64,000 bases of DNA, taken from positions 864,001 to 928,000 of the forward strand of contig OZ246001.1 of the NCBI GenBank assembly GCA_965230295.1. Direction: 5' to 3'. The notes below the pieces were generated by a model. The model had not been told where the DNA came from. It did not search any database and was given only the letters and a program-made list of their open reading frames with translations. A program made the translations under genes and the position numbers. Within the stretch, counting starts at the first letter, position 1. The number at the start of each line of letters is the position of its first letter. Source of the DNA: Marinicella sp. GTDB lineage: Bacteria > Pseudomonadota > Gammaproteobacteria > Xanthomonadales > Marinicellaceae. This document shows, piece after piece, positions 51,967 to 61,257 of the stretch.

Positions 51967-52132
51967 TCAATGCAATTTGGGCGATGAAAGGATGGCGGTT
52001 TACCTGACAAGCCAGAAGCCTTAATTGGACACCGCAGCACGAGCGCTCGGTTAGGCAAAATCAACAAGGCTTACATCAATAAAAGGTACGGAACAGCCAA
52101 ATCAGACGATTTTCACCCTTCAAAGTGCAATC

Positions 52133-52801
52133 ATGTGGTTCTTTTCAATTGACCGAATGATGATGCGTACTTTGATTAATGTCCTCACTTTTATCACCTT
52201 CACCATCCTGTGTTTTGGGGTGGCTTATTATGCTTTCACCTATTTACTGGAACCCATTCATCCCGACAACAGTTTCAAACTTAAACTGGCTTACAGTGGC
52301 TGGGTGGTGCCATTTCATTTTTACGCGGCTGGTTTGGCACTGGCCCTCACACCTTTTCAACTGAGTCAAAAACTGCGTAAACAAGTAAAAAACATACACC
52401 GGACTTTGGGGTTGTTGTATGTGATTTGTGTCCTACTGGGCGGCATTTCCGGGCTTTTGATGGCCTTAGGGGCCACTGGCGGCTGGGTGGCCAAAAGTGG
52501 TTTTTTCTGTCTGGCCGTTTTGTGGTTGTACACCACCGCAATGGCATTTTCATATGCCATCAAAGGCGACATAACCAGACACAAACAATGGATTTACCGC
52601 AGTGTGGCTTTGACGGCAGCCGGGATTACTTTGCGACTGTTCCTTGGTATCGGATTGGGCGTGATGCACTGGCCATTCTTAACGGTTTACGTACCCACTG
52701 CCTGGTTGTGTTGGACCCTTAATTTACTGATTTGTGAAATCATTATTTATCGCCAGCGTTTGGGCCAACGACAGCACCATAAATCTCTTGCTTTGACCTG
52801 A
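52133..52801 (+). CDS. DUF2306-like membrane protein
   Basis: H....ALA..PFQ, HR.LG..Y and H..W..RS.A motifs; start may be about 52157. Confidence 0.8.
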   Translation: MWFFSIDRMMMRTLINVLTFITFTILCFGVAYYAFTYLLEPIHPDNSFKLKLAYSGWVVPFHFYAAGLALALTPFQLSQKLRKQVKNIHRTLGLLYVICVLLGGISGLLMALGATGGWVAKSGFFCLAVLWLYTTAMAFSYAIKGDITRHKQWIYRSVALTAAGITLRLFLGIGLGVMHWPFLTVYVPTAWLCWTLNLLICEIIIYRQRLGQRQHHKSLALT

Positions 52802-53837
52802 ATTCACTGGGTGTCATATTTTGTAATTTCTTGAAAGCACTGTTGAAAGTTGATTTTGAGGTGAACCCACTGGCATAAGCCACATCCAAGATGTTGCGTT
52901 TTTCACCGGGTTGTCTCAACATGTCTAGAGCCACATCGATGCGCAATTGGTTGATGTATTCCCTGAATGACAATTGGTAAGTGTGGTTGATCGCCAAAGA
53001 CACCAGATAAACCGGATAACCCGATTTTTGAGCCAATTGTCCGATGGTTAAACTGGGCTCCAAAAACAACTGTTGTTCATGCATCAATTCTTCCAGCTTA
53101 TCAATGACCTCTGGAAATCGCTGATCCTCTGTTATCCTATTGGGTGACTGAGGTGATCTGATAGGTTCAACGCCCGCAACCTTTTGTTGTGCCAGAGCCA
53201 GGTAACCCATCACACTGATCCAACAAGCGACAGCCAAATAAATGATGCCTACATTGTATCCTTGGATAGGTACCAACCATTGGGTCACTGCAATGAACCA
53301 GATCAAAACCTGAAAATAAGCCATCACATCAACCCACAACAAAGTAATGCCATCGGTGTTAGAACACTGTTCCTCTAAAATATGCCGATAACGTTTGATG
53401 GTCACCAAACCTGCGACCACATAACTGATGCTGTACACATACAGCGTCAACTCAAACAAACCAAAAAAACCTGGACCATTTTCCCAAGGGTTGATGATCC
53501 AGGTGATGTTCACCCCTGCCATATAAATGAAGCCGGCCAGATGAATCAGGTCTGTCCATTTGAAAGGCAGATCCTGAGTCAGTGTCCGCACGTATAAGTA
53601 AAAGAAACTACCGTGCAAAAACGGAAAGAACTGGATCAATACATACAGCGGCAATAAAGGCGTTTGCGGATTGTGGTAGTGAATCACCCGCATGGACAAA
53701 TCAAGCGCCAACAACACCATCCACAAAGCCAGTACCCGGTTACTGCGCACATTGATGCGTTTGCGCAGCAATGCCATCGCCAGTACCATTCCTTGTGCTG
53801 AACCTATCGCAAATACATGAGATAAAAATTGCATCAT
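52743..53837 (-). CDS. Membrane-anchored AraC family regulator
   Basis: Multi-TM N-terminus; C-terminal HTH F.EYIN.LR and GFTSKSTFNSAFKK..MTPSEFR. Confidence 0.9.
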   Translation of the reverse strand: MMQFLSHVFAIGSAQGMVLAMALLRKRINVRSNRVLALWMVLLALDLSMRVIHYHNPQTPLLPLYVLIQFFPFLHGSFFYLYVRTLTQDLPFKWTDLIHLAGFIYMAGVNITWIINPWENGPGFFGLFELTLYVYSISYVVAGLVTIKRYRHILEEQCSNTDGITLLWVDVMAYFQVLIWFIAVTQWLVPIQGYNVGIIYLAVACWISVMGYLALAQQKVAGVEPIRSPQSPNRITEDQRFPEVIDKLEELMHEQQLFLEPSLTIGQLAQKSGYPVYLVSLAINHTYQLSFREYINQLRIDVALDMLRQPGEKRNILDVAYASGFTSKSTFNSAFKKLQNMTPSEFRSKQEIYGAVVGPNAGDK

Positions 53838-53849
53838 AAAATACGGGCC

Positions 53850-54497
53850 TCAGCCATTGTTCCTGAACCACCCTGTTAGGCTGTGTCGTGACTTCTTTGC
53901 CGGTAAGACTTCATGCGGAAATTCTTCACTCAGGAACACCACAAAAGTCCCCAGTTGCGGCAAAATTCTCTTAAATGGCTGAACTTCATCAGGTTGGTAC
54001 AGCAACAGTTCTCCACCATCTACTTCACCCCACTCCTGATTCAGGTACAAAATGGTGCTGACTTTGCGGTTCGGGCCGTTCACTTTTTGACCACGAAAGG
54101 CATCCAAATGTTTTTGGTAATAAGCCCCTTCTGAGTAATGTGCAAACATACACTCGTATTCAAACAGCCCAAGAAAAAACCGATGATTCAGAGCCAGGCG
54201 CAATGACTCTGTCCAATTTAAATAATCCAGACATGCTGTTTGATCATCGTTCACCCACATGATTTCATCGCCACGGATTTGTTGGTTGGTTTGAAAGTCT
54301 TGGTGCCGTCCAACTCCGGCACTTTTAAATTGGCCGGGTTGCAATTGAGCCAACTGGGTCAACAGCGGTTTAATGAATGGACCTCCAAACGCCTTTTCCA
54401 CCACCACATAACCATCCTTTGCGATCCCTTCACAAATGGTGTTGATCAATTCAGATTCAGAGGGCATTAAACTATTCAGTTGATTCAGCAATGGCAT
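53850..54497 (-). CDS. 2OG-Fe(II) oxygenase (prolyl-hydroxylase-like)
   Basis: IRGD.I.W, HLD, YLN..W...GGEL, HEV, R.S.TGW motifs. Confidence 0.9.
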   Translation of the reverse strand: MPLLNQLNSLMPSESELINTICEGIAKDGYVVVEKAFGGPFIKPLLTQLAQLQPGQFKSAGVGRHQDFQTNQQIRGDEIMWVNDDQTACLDYLNWTESLRLALNHRFFLGLFEYECMFAHYSEGAYYQKHLDAFRGQKVNGPNRKVSTILYLNQEWGEVDGGELLLYQPDEVQPFKRILPQLGTFVVFLSEEFPHEVLPAKKSRHSLTGWFRNNG

Positions 54498-54555
54498 ATT
54501 TTACTAGATAAAGGAATCAAGCCCCAAGAACATTCCTTATGATAAAATACTGGCC

Positions 54556-54834
54556 ATGAACAAACCCATCAGTTGTGGCGCACAAGACATGTTAGAAGCC
54601 GCCATCATACAACGCAGACGTCTTAACCTCATCTGCCATGCCGAAACCGGAGAACAAGCCTTTTTTGACCGGGTGTTGCCGATTGATATAGGCACTGAAG
54701 ATGGTATTGAATCCCTCACAATCATGACCACTGACAATGATGGAGGCATTCTGAAACTCAGTATCAACACATCAGACATCGAGTTTTTTGAAGCCAAAGA
54801 CTACCAAGACCCCAGAATCATCTACCAGAAGTAA
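54556..54834 (+). CDS. Rof-like (Rho-binding antiterminator) small protein
   Basis: KPISC..QDMLEAA resembles the Rof PIxC..YD.LE motif; 92 aa. Confidence 0.6.
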   Translation: MNKPISCGAQDMLEAAIIQRRRLNLICHAETGEQAFFDRVLPIDIGTEDGIESLTIMTTDNDGGILKLSINTSDIEFFEAKDYQDPRIIYQK

Positions 54835-54902
54835 ATCCTGAAAATTCACCTATTTTTGCTTGTCATTGGTTACAATCATCGGTTTTTGACCCAGTTATCC
54901 CG

Positions 54903-56696
54903 ATGAAAAAATATTGGCTGATTTTATTGTGTTGCTCATTTTCAGCAAAGGCACAAAACCCTGAACCCATCACTTATACCTTTTCCGTCATTGACGCCAA
55001 ACACCATTTGGCCGAGGTTTCAGTCACTTTTCCCCAAGTGGGCACCAAAACACTTGAAGTCAAACTGCCGGTGTGGCGTTCCGGGCGCTATGAAATCTTG
55101 AATTTGAGTAAAAACATCAGCCAATTCAAGGCTCAACATAACAATGATCAGCCCATCAACTGGAACAAAGTCGATAAGAATACCTGGAAATTGTGGCTGA
55201 ACCAACCTGGTGATGTCACCATCACATATCAGGTTTACGCCAACTTACTCAAAGCCCGGGTGGCTCACATTGATGACAGCCATGCCTATTTAGATGCCAG
55301 TGGAGTCTTTATGTTTTCACCGTCTTACCGTGATGTCCCACTGATTGTAAATCTTAAAGTACCCGATGATTGGCAAAGTCGATCAGGTATGGAAAAGATC
55401 AATGATGATCACTCTTTTTATGCCAACAATTATGATCAATTGGTCGACTCCCCAATAGAAACCGGCATCCATGAATTCACCTCGTTTGAGGTTGATGGAA
55501 AGACCTATGAAATTGTGGTTTGGGGCCAAGGCAACCATGACATCAACGACCTCAAAGAACAAGTCACATTGCTACATCATGAAGGTGAGAAGATCTGGCA
55601 GGAGTTTCCATTTGAACGTTATGTTTATATGTATCATGTGGGTGATGGCTTACGAGGCGCCACTGAACATGTCAACTCGACCATCATCCAAAATGATCGG
55701 TTTAAATTCAAACCTCGTAAATCTTACTTGAAAATTCTCGCAACCACCGCACATGAATTTGTCCACACCTGGAATGTCAAAGCATACCGGCCTGCTGGGA
55801 TCGCTCCTTATGATTATTCAGTAGAGAATTATTCTGACTTGTTCTGGATGGCTGAAGGCATCACCAGTTATTACGATGACCTCTTCTTGATGCGAGCTGG
55901 GATCTATGAAGCTGAAGAGTATTTTGAAAAACTGGCCAGTGACATCAATAAGCATTTGAATAAACCGGGTCGCCACGTTGAATCACTGGCGCAAACCAGT
56001 TTTGACACCTGGATAAAAGATGACTCACAACAAGCTCACAACGCCTCGGTCAGCATTTATTTAGAAGGGTCAATGGCTGCCTGGCGCATGGATCAGGAAA
56101 TCCGCCAAATAACAGACAATCGTTTTGGATTAGACGAGTTACAAAAACGCTTATACCAACAGCACAACAACATCACCAAAGGCTATTCCAAAGCCGATGT
56201 GTTGCGGTTGTTATCTGAGATCACCGGCACTGACATGACGCCATTCTGGGACCAATATATTGAAGGGACACAAGCGATTGACTTTGATGACTTGTTGGCA
56301 TTTTATGGTTTACAAATGACCCATAAAGAAGATGATGATTCCCCCAAGAAAAGCTGGATTGGCGCTTCATTGTCGCTCAACCATGATGCGCCTGTGATTA
56401 ACACCGTTGACAGTGGTGGACCTGCCTGGTTGGCTGGACTTACCGCTGGTGATCAACTGGTGGCCATCGATGGCATACGAGTTACCAGCCAGGACATTGA
56501 GCAACGAATCGAACAATTGGCCATTGAAGACGTTGTGGAAATACATTATTTCAGTGCTGGTTTATTGAAGGAATCCAACTTGAAACCCATCGCTGAACCA
56601 CACCCTGAATTCACCATCGAACCCCAAGAAAAACCGAGCCGCAAACAACAAGCCCGCTTCAAAGCATGGGCTGGTCAAGACCTGATACAAAAATAA
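54903..56696 (+). CDS. M61 glycyl aminopeptidase with PDZ domain
   Basis: LPVW..G.Y, GATEH.NS, HEFVHTWNVK, W.AEG.TSYY motifs; C-terminal PDZ. Confidence 0.93.
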   Translation: MKKYWLILLCCSFSAKAQNPEPITYTFSVIDAKHHLAEVSVTFPQVGTKTLEVKLPVWRSGRYEILNLSKNISQFKAQHNNDQPINWNKVDKNTWKLWLNQPGDVTITYQVYANLLKARVAHIDDSHAYLDASGVFMFSPSYRDVPLIVNLKVPDDWQSRSGMEKINDDHSFYANNYDQLVDSPIETGIHEFTSFEVDGKTYEIVVWGQGNHDINDLKEQVTLLHHEGEKIWQEFPFERYVYMYHVGDGLRGATEHVNSTIIQNDRFKFKPRKSYLKILATTAHEFVHTWNVKAYRPAGIAPYDYSVENYSDLFWMAEGITSYYDDLFLMRAGIYEAEEYFEKLASDINKHLNKPGRHVESLAQTSFDTWIKDDSQQAHNASVSIYLEGSMAAWRMDQEIRQITDNRFGLDELQKRLYQQHNNITKGYSKADVLRLLSEITGTDMTPFWDQYIEGTQAIDFDDLLAFYGLQMTHKEDDDSPKKSWIGASLSLNHDAPVINTVDSGGPAWLAGLTAGDQLVAIDGIRVTSQDIEQRIEQLAIEDVVEIHYFSAGLLKESNLKPIAEPHPEFTIEPQEKPSRKQQARFKAWAGQDLIQK

Positions 56697-56710
56697 AGCT
56701 GGCAGGCATG

Positions 56711-57322
56711 TTATTGAGCTTGCTTGTACGCTTCTTTTTGTAACATCAGGCGCATCTGCTTTAGGGTTAGATACATGGCATCACGGTTGTATTTATTGAC
56801 CCCTGATTTAAAACCTATTTCCGGGTCCATGTAATATTGATAAATAATGTCGATTTGTTGATCATTGACGGGAATGATCTGCCAGGAGGCTTCCATGTTT
56901 TGAACCCTCAAGTGATCATGAGCTGGCAATTGATGAGGCCGGTTGGTGATCAAAATCTGCCAAGATCCGGTGTCCGCCTGTTCCTCTGCGGCTGCACTGA
57001 ATACCACGTCCCTGTCCCTGAACCACAACGGTCCCTTGAAAACCATGTGAATCAATTCCTGATGCGTTCTTTCGGCTGAAATACACCCATGAACCCATTG
57101 CGAACAAACCGATAGATCCCTCAATAAAGCCAATACCGATGCTGCCGATCCTTGTACCGTCATCACGCCTTTGGTGTGCCATTGCTTGTATTTGGGGTGT
57201 TGGTGTTGTTGATACACTTTAATCCCCTTGCGATCAATTTTTTTACGCCATTGATTTTCAGCATGAGTCAAACTACTCACAAATAGCACACCAAACAGCA
57301 TAGTTTTTAAAATCACATACAT
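56711..57322 (-). CDS. START-domain lipid-binding protein
   Basis: Signal peptide; W....D.KGIKVY and P.WF.DRD.V motifs. Confidence 0.7.
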   Translation of the reverse strand: MYVILKTMLFGVLFVSSLTHAENQWRKKIDRKGIKVYQQHQHPKYKQWHTKGVMTVQGSAASVLALLRDLSVCSQWVHGCISAERTHQELIHMVFKGPLWFRDRDVVFSAAAEEQADTGSWQILITNRPHQLPAHDHLRVQNMEASWQIIPVNDQQIDIIYQYYMDPEIGFKSGVNKYNRDAMYLTLKQMRLMLQKEAYKQAQ

Positions 57323-57363
57323 TTGGTTTTATCTTAACCCAGTTTTGCGCCTACAATACCGTT

Positions 57364-57999
57364 ATGGGCGAACAAAAAATCATCGGAATAGCGGGAAACA
57401 TAGGTGCAGGCAAAACCTCATTGGTGGAGTTTCTTACCAGCACTTACCAAATCACGCCCTTTTATGAACCCAATGACAACAACCCCTATCTGGATGATTT
57501 TTATCAAGACATGAAACGCTGGGCTTTTCATTCTCAACTCTATTTTCTCAGTTCAAAATTCAAAATCCATCAACAACTCGAACAAACGCCAGGCGTGGTG
57601 ATTCAAGACCGCACCATTTTTGAAGATGTTGAAATCTTTGCCACCGCGCTGCACCAAATTCGCAAAATCAACAAACGTGATTGGGCCACTTATTTGAGCT
57701 TTTATGAAAGCATACAACAAGCGATCAAACCACCTGATCTGATGATCTACCTCAAATGTTCAATCCGCACAACCAGAAAACGGATCAAACTGCGGGGCAG
57801 AAAAATGGAACAAGACATGCCATTGAGCTATTTAAAAAGGTTAGAATCCTTATACCAAAACTGGATCGCCCAATATGACAAAAGTAAATTGTTGGTGATC
57901 GAAACCGATCGCTTGGATTATGTGAATGACCTGATTGATCAAATTGAATTGATGCAAAGCATAGAAGCTTTGTTACCCAAAGACCTGGCCCGCAGCTAA
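57364..57999 (+). CDS. Deoxynucleoside kinase
   Basis: IAGNIGAGKTS, EP...NPYL.DFY, QDRTIFED, R...RGR.ME motifs. Confidence 0.92.
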   Translation: MGEQKIIGIAGNIGAGKTSLVEFLTSTYQITPFYEPNDNNPYLDDFYQDMKRWAFHSQLYFLSSKFKIHQQLEQTPGVVIQDRTIFEDVEIFATALHQIRKINKRDWATYLSFYESIQQAIKPPDLMIYLKCSIRTTRKRIKLRGRKMEQDMPLSYLKRLESLYQNWIAQYDKSKLLVIETDRLDYVNDLIDQIELMQSIEALLPKDLARS

Positions 58000-58015
58000 C
58001 TGGAGTAAATACTGG

Positions 58016-58867
58016 ATGAAATATTTGATGACATACCTCAAAGGCATGCTGATGGGCATTGCTGACTTGGTCCCTGGTGTATCGGGTGGAACCATCGCCT
58101 TGATCACCGGCATCTATCAACGCTTGATCAATGCCATTGCAGCAGCCAATATCAACAGCTTGAAACTGTTGTTCAAAGGTCAGATTAAAAGCCTTTGGAC
58201 ACAAATTGATGGTTGGTTTTTGTTGAGCATGTTTGCTGGGTTGTTGACAGCTGTTTTTGTGTTTGCGGGTGTGATTAAGTCTTTGCTGCACCACCATCCA
58301 GTGCTGACCTGGTCGTTTTTCTTTGGCCTGATCATAGCCTCCGCCGTTCTGCTGCTGAATAAACACCGATCTACGCAATTGGTTCATTGGTTTTTACTGG
58401 TTTTCGGCGTGTTCTTGGGATATTTCCTCAGCACCCAGAGTATGGCCGTGTTACCTGAGGGTTCTTGGGGAATATTGATAGCTGGTATGATCGCCATCAG
58501 TGCCATGATATTGCCAGGCATTTCTGGTTCACTGATTTTAATTTTACTCGGGAAATACCAAACTGTATTGGCTGCTGTTGAAAACAGGGAATGGTTAACT
58601 TTACTTATTTTTGCAGGTGGTTGCATCATTGGACTGATGTTGTTTTCACGGCTGTTAAAATGGCTGCTGGCTCGTTATCATAAAGCCACACTTTATTCTT
58701 TGGCAGGCCTGATGCTCGGCACTTTATTCAAAGTCTGGCCCTGGAAATCAGCTGTCGGCAACATCATCCCCACCGCCCATCCAGAACCGCAAATAATGTT
58801 TGCGGTGTTGTTGATGGCAGGTGCAGCTGTGTTGGTCAAACTTTTATTCAACTTTGGTAAAAACTAA
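58016..58867 (+). CDS. DUF368 family undecaprenyl-phosphate translocase-like protein
   Basis: MG.AD.VPGVSGGT.A and AMILPGISGS motifs. Confidence 0.9.
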   Translation: MKYLMTYLKGMLMGIADLVPGVSGGTIALITGIYQRLINAIAAANINSLKLLFKGQIKSLWTQIDGWFLLSMFAGLLTAVFVFAGVIKSLLHHHPVLTWSFFFGLIIASAVLLLNKHRSTQLVHWFLLVFGVFLGYFLSTQSMAVLPEGSWGILIAGMIAISAMILPGISGSLILILLGKYQTVLAAVENREWLTLLIFAGGCIIGLMLFSRLLKWLLARYHKATLYSLAGLMLGTLFKVWPWKSAVGNIIPTAHPEPQIMFAVLLMAGAAVLVKLLFNFGKN

Positions 58868-58904
58868 TTCAGCTGACAGTTCAATCCAATAACCAGAGGT
58901 ATAT

Positions 58905-59255
58905 ATGATTGCAGGACATAACGGTTTTTTCTTCAAAAGGAAAAAAATAATCACCTTCATATGCTTAATGATGCTGGTCATTCCTGTAATGGTTGCTGGT
59001 AAAACACCAGGAGAGGACAGTGAATCAACCATCAGCATGAACTTCAAAGACTATCCGCTGAATGCAATCGTTCATTTAGTGGCTGAAATGACTCCACAAG
59101 AAGAAACAATGCTTAACCTTGGGTTGCTGGATGGAATTAAAGTCACGGTCAAAGTTAAGCATGTTAATGCCTTTGAGCTCCTGGATAGATTGCTGAAGGA
59201 AAAGGGGCTTAAAGTACATCGAACAAGCCACACTTGGGAATATTCAAAATTATAG
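58905..59255 (+). CDS. Small exported protein, STN/secretin-N0-like domain
   Basis: Hydrophobic N-terminus; ISMNFKDYPL..IV....VTV......ELLDRLLKEKGL; start uncertain. Confidence 0.45.
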   Translation: MIAGHNGFFFKRKKIITFICLMMLVIPVMVAGKTPGEDSESTISMNFKDYPLNAIVHLVAEMTPQEETMLNLGLLDGIKVTVKVKHVNAFELLDRLLKEKGLKVHRTSHTWEYSKL

Positions 59256-59309
59256 AATTCAAGTATATTCAAGGCTTTATAATGTAGCTTTACTCAGCCT
59301 CATAAAACA

Positions 59310-60725
59310 GTGAAAACATTTTATTGGTACGACTTAGAAACCTTTGGCACCAACACCCGCTACGATCGCATTGCCCAGTTTGCCGGCATTCGCACTGACG
59401 AGCACTTGAATCCAGTCAGTGAACCTGACATGTTTTATTGTCAGCCAACCTTCGATTATTTACCTGACCCCGGCAGTTGTTTAGTGACCGGTATCACGCC
59501 ACAACTGTGTGAAGAAAAAGGCATGGCTGAGCATGAATTTGCAGCGAAAGTTCATGATATATTCAGCCAACACAACAGTTGTGGCGTGGGCTACAACAGC
59601 ATCCGCTTTGATGATGAATGCGTCCGTTCTTTGTTATACCGAAATTTATACGACCCTTACCAAAGAGAGTACTTGAACGGCAACAGTCGCTGGGACCTGA
59701 TCGATCTGGTCAGAGCCACTTATGCACTGCGACCTGATAACATTGAGTGGCCCATGCACGAACCAGGTAAGCCAAGCTTCAGGCTGGAAGACTTGGCCCA
59801 AGCCAACGGTTTAGTACATGAGGCAGCTCATGATGCACTTTCAGACGTCGAAGCCACCATTCAAATGGCCAAACTGATCCAAAAAAACCAACCCCGTTTG
59901 TTTGATTTTGCCCTGAATTTACGCAACAAAGACAGCGTTCGCAGTTTGTTGAATTGGCAATTACAACAACCGATTGTTCATGTTTCAAACAAAATACCCG
60001 CTGAAAGGGGATGCCTGAGCTTGATGCTGCCACTGGCCATCCACCCCAACAACAAAAATGGCGTGATCTGTTATGACTTACACCACGACCCCACAGACTT
60101 TTTGTCCTTGGAAGTGGCGGAGATTCAAGATCGACTGTATACACCCCAAGCTGATTTGCCCGCTGGCGTTCAGCGGGTTCACCTGAAAACCATCCACCTG
60201 AACAAGGCCCCCTTTGTATCGCCCATCTCAGCACTCAAAGGTGTGGATTTGAAGCGTATCGGCTTGGATTACCAGCGGTGCCAAAATCACCTCGCTCAAA
60301 TCAAGCAAGTAGCTGGCACCGAGAAGAAAGCCGCTGCTGTGTTTGATCAGCCCTTTGATTCGCCCGCAGATGACGTGGATGAAATGATTTATGCCGGCTT
60401 TTTCAGTTTCAAAGAACGGGCTGAATTTGAGTCAATCAGGAACTTAGCCGCCAGTGAAATTCCATGGCAAACAGGCAATTTCAAAGACCCAAGAGCGGCC
60501 ACTTTGATCCAGCGTTACAAAGCCAGAAATTTCTATCAATCATTGTCAGATGAACAACGCACCTTGTGGCAGATTGATGCCTTGAAAAGACTGGAGCATC
60601 GTTTTGGAGAAGGGTTTAATCTGTGGTTTGAAAACATTGAATCATTGCGCAATCAAACCACAGATGCTGCTACAATGAATATCCTGGATCAGGTGGAACA
60701 GTTTGTGATGGCAAAAGAGTTTTGA
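59310..60725 (+). CDS. sbcB: Exodeoxyribonuclease I
   Basis: YDLETFG, QFAGIRTD, GYNSIRFDDE, AHDALSDV motifs. Confidence 0.97.
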   Translation: MKTFYWYDLETFGTNTRYDRIAQFAGIRTDEHLNPVSEPDMFYCQPTFDYLPDPGSCLVTGITPQLCEEKGMAEHEFAAKVHDIFSQHNSCGVGYNSIRFDDECVRSLLYRNLYDPYQREYLNGNSRWDLIDLVRATYALRPDNIEWPMHEPGKPSFRLEDLAQANGLVHEAAHDALSDVEATIQMAKLIQKNQPRLFDFALNLRNKDSVRSLLNWQLQQPIVHVSNKIPAERGCLSLMLPLAIHPNNKNGVICYDLHHDPTDFLSLEVAEIQDRLYTPQADLPAGVQRVHLKTIHLNKAPFVSPISALKGVDLKRIGLDYQRCQNHLAQIKQVAGTEKKAAAVFDQPFDSPADDVDEMIYAGFFSFKERAEFESIRNLAASEIPWQTGNFKDPRAATLIQRYKARNFYQSLSDEQRTLWQIDALKRLEHRFGEGFNLWFENIESLRNQTTDAATMNILDQVEQFVMAKEF

Positions 60726-60744
60726 TCACCAAATTCGAATGCGG

Positions 60745-61143
60745 TCACTGGACTGGAGAAGACCGAGTCCCCTCTTTGGGCAAGTTGGCCCGGTATTGCC
60801 TTCTGACAACAGTCATGAACACCCGAATCACCACATACAAAAAGAACCCAACTGCCACAGCGTAAATCCCCCAATGTTTAAGGATGATGATGGGCTCAGC
60901 ATTTTCAATGCCTTTGATGTAATCCCATAGCATAGGCAATGCACCAATCATGGTGATGGTCATGGCCACATAACTGAACATCCTCAGTTTATACATCCGC
61001 TCTCTGAACAGTCGTTTTTGGAACAACTTCAGTTCTTCAGGATCAATTTTGGCCTCAGGATCACGACTGAATCCACAACTGGGACAGACCTTGGCCACTG
61101 AAGATATTTTGGTTCTACAAGCCGGACAATTAATGAGCGCCAT
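60745..61143 (-). CDS. Zinc-ribbon membrane protein
   Basis: MALINCPAC..ISS.A..CPSCG plus two TM. Confidence 0.75.
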   Translation of the reverse strand: MALINCPACRTKISSVAKVCPSCGFSRDPEAKIDPEELKLFQKRLFRERMYKLRMFSYVAMTITMIGALPMLWDYIKGIENAEPIIILKHWGIYAVAVGFFLYVVIRVFMTVVRRQYRANLPKEGTRSSPVQ

Positions 61144-61257
61144 GATGATTCCTGTGTTTAAAAATCAAGATTATAACAATTCTGACATGAATATTTTATC
61201 AAAAAAGTCTATCATAGGCAGATCACAAACCTGCCTCAAAATCTTTATAACAAGAGC

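Noticed and set aside
57785-58387. 200-aa minus-strand ORF, and similar antisense ORFs such as 24900-25526 and 1156-1680
   Set aside because: They lie opposite well-supported genes and have no protein-like motifs.
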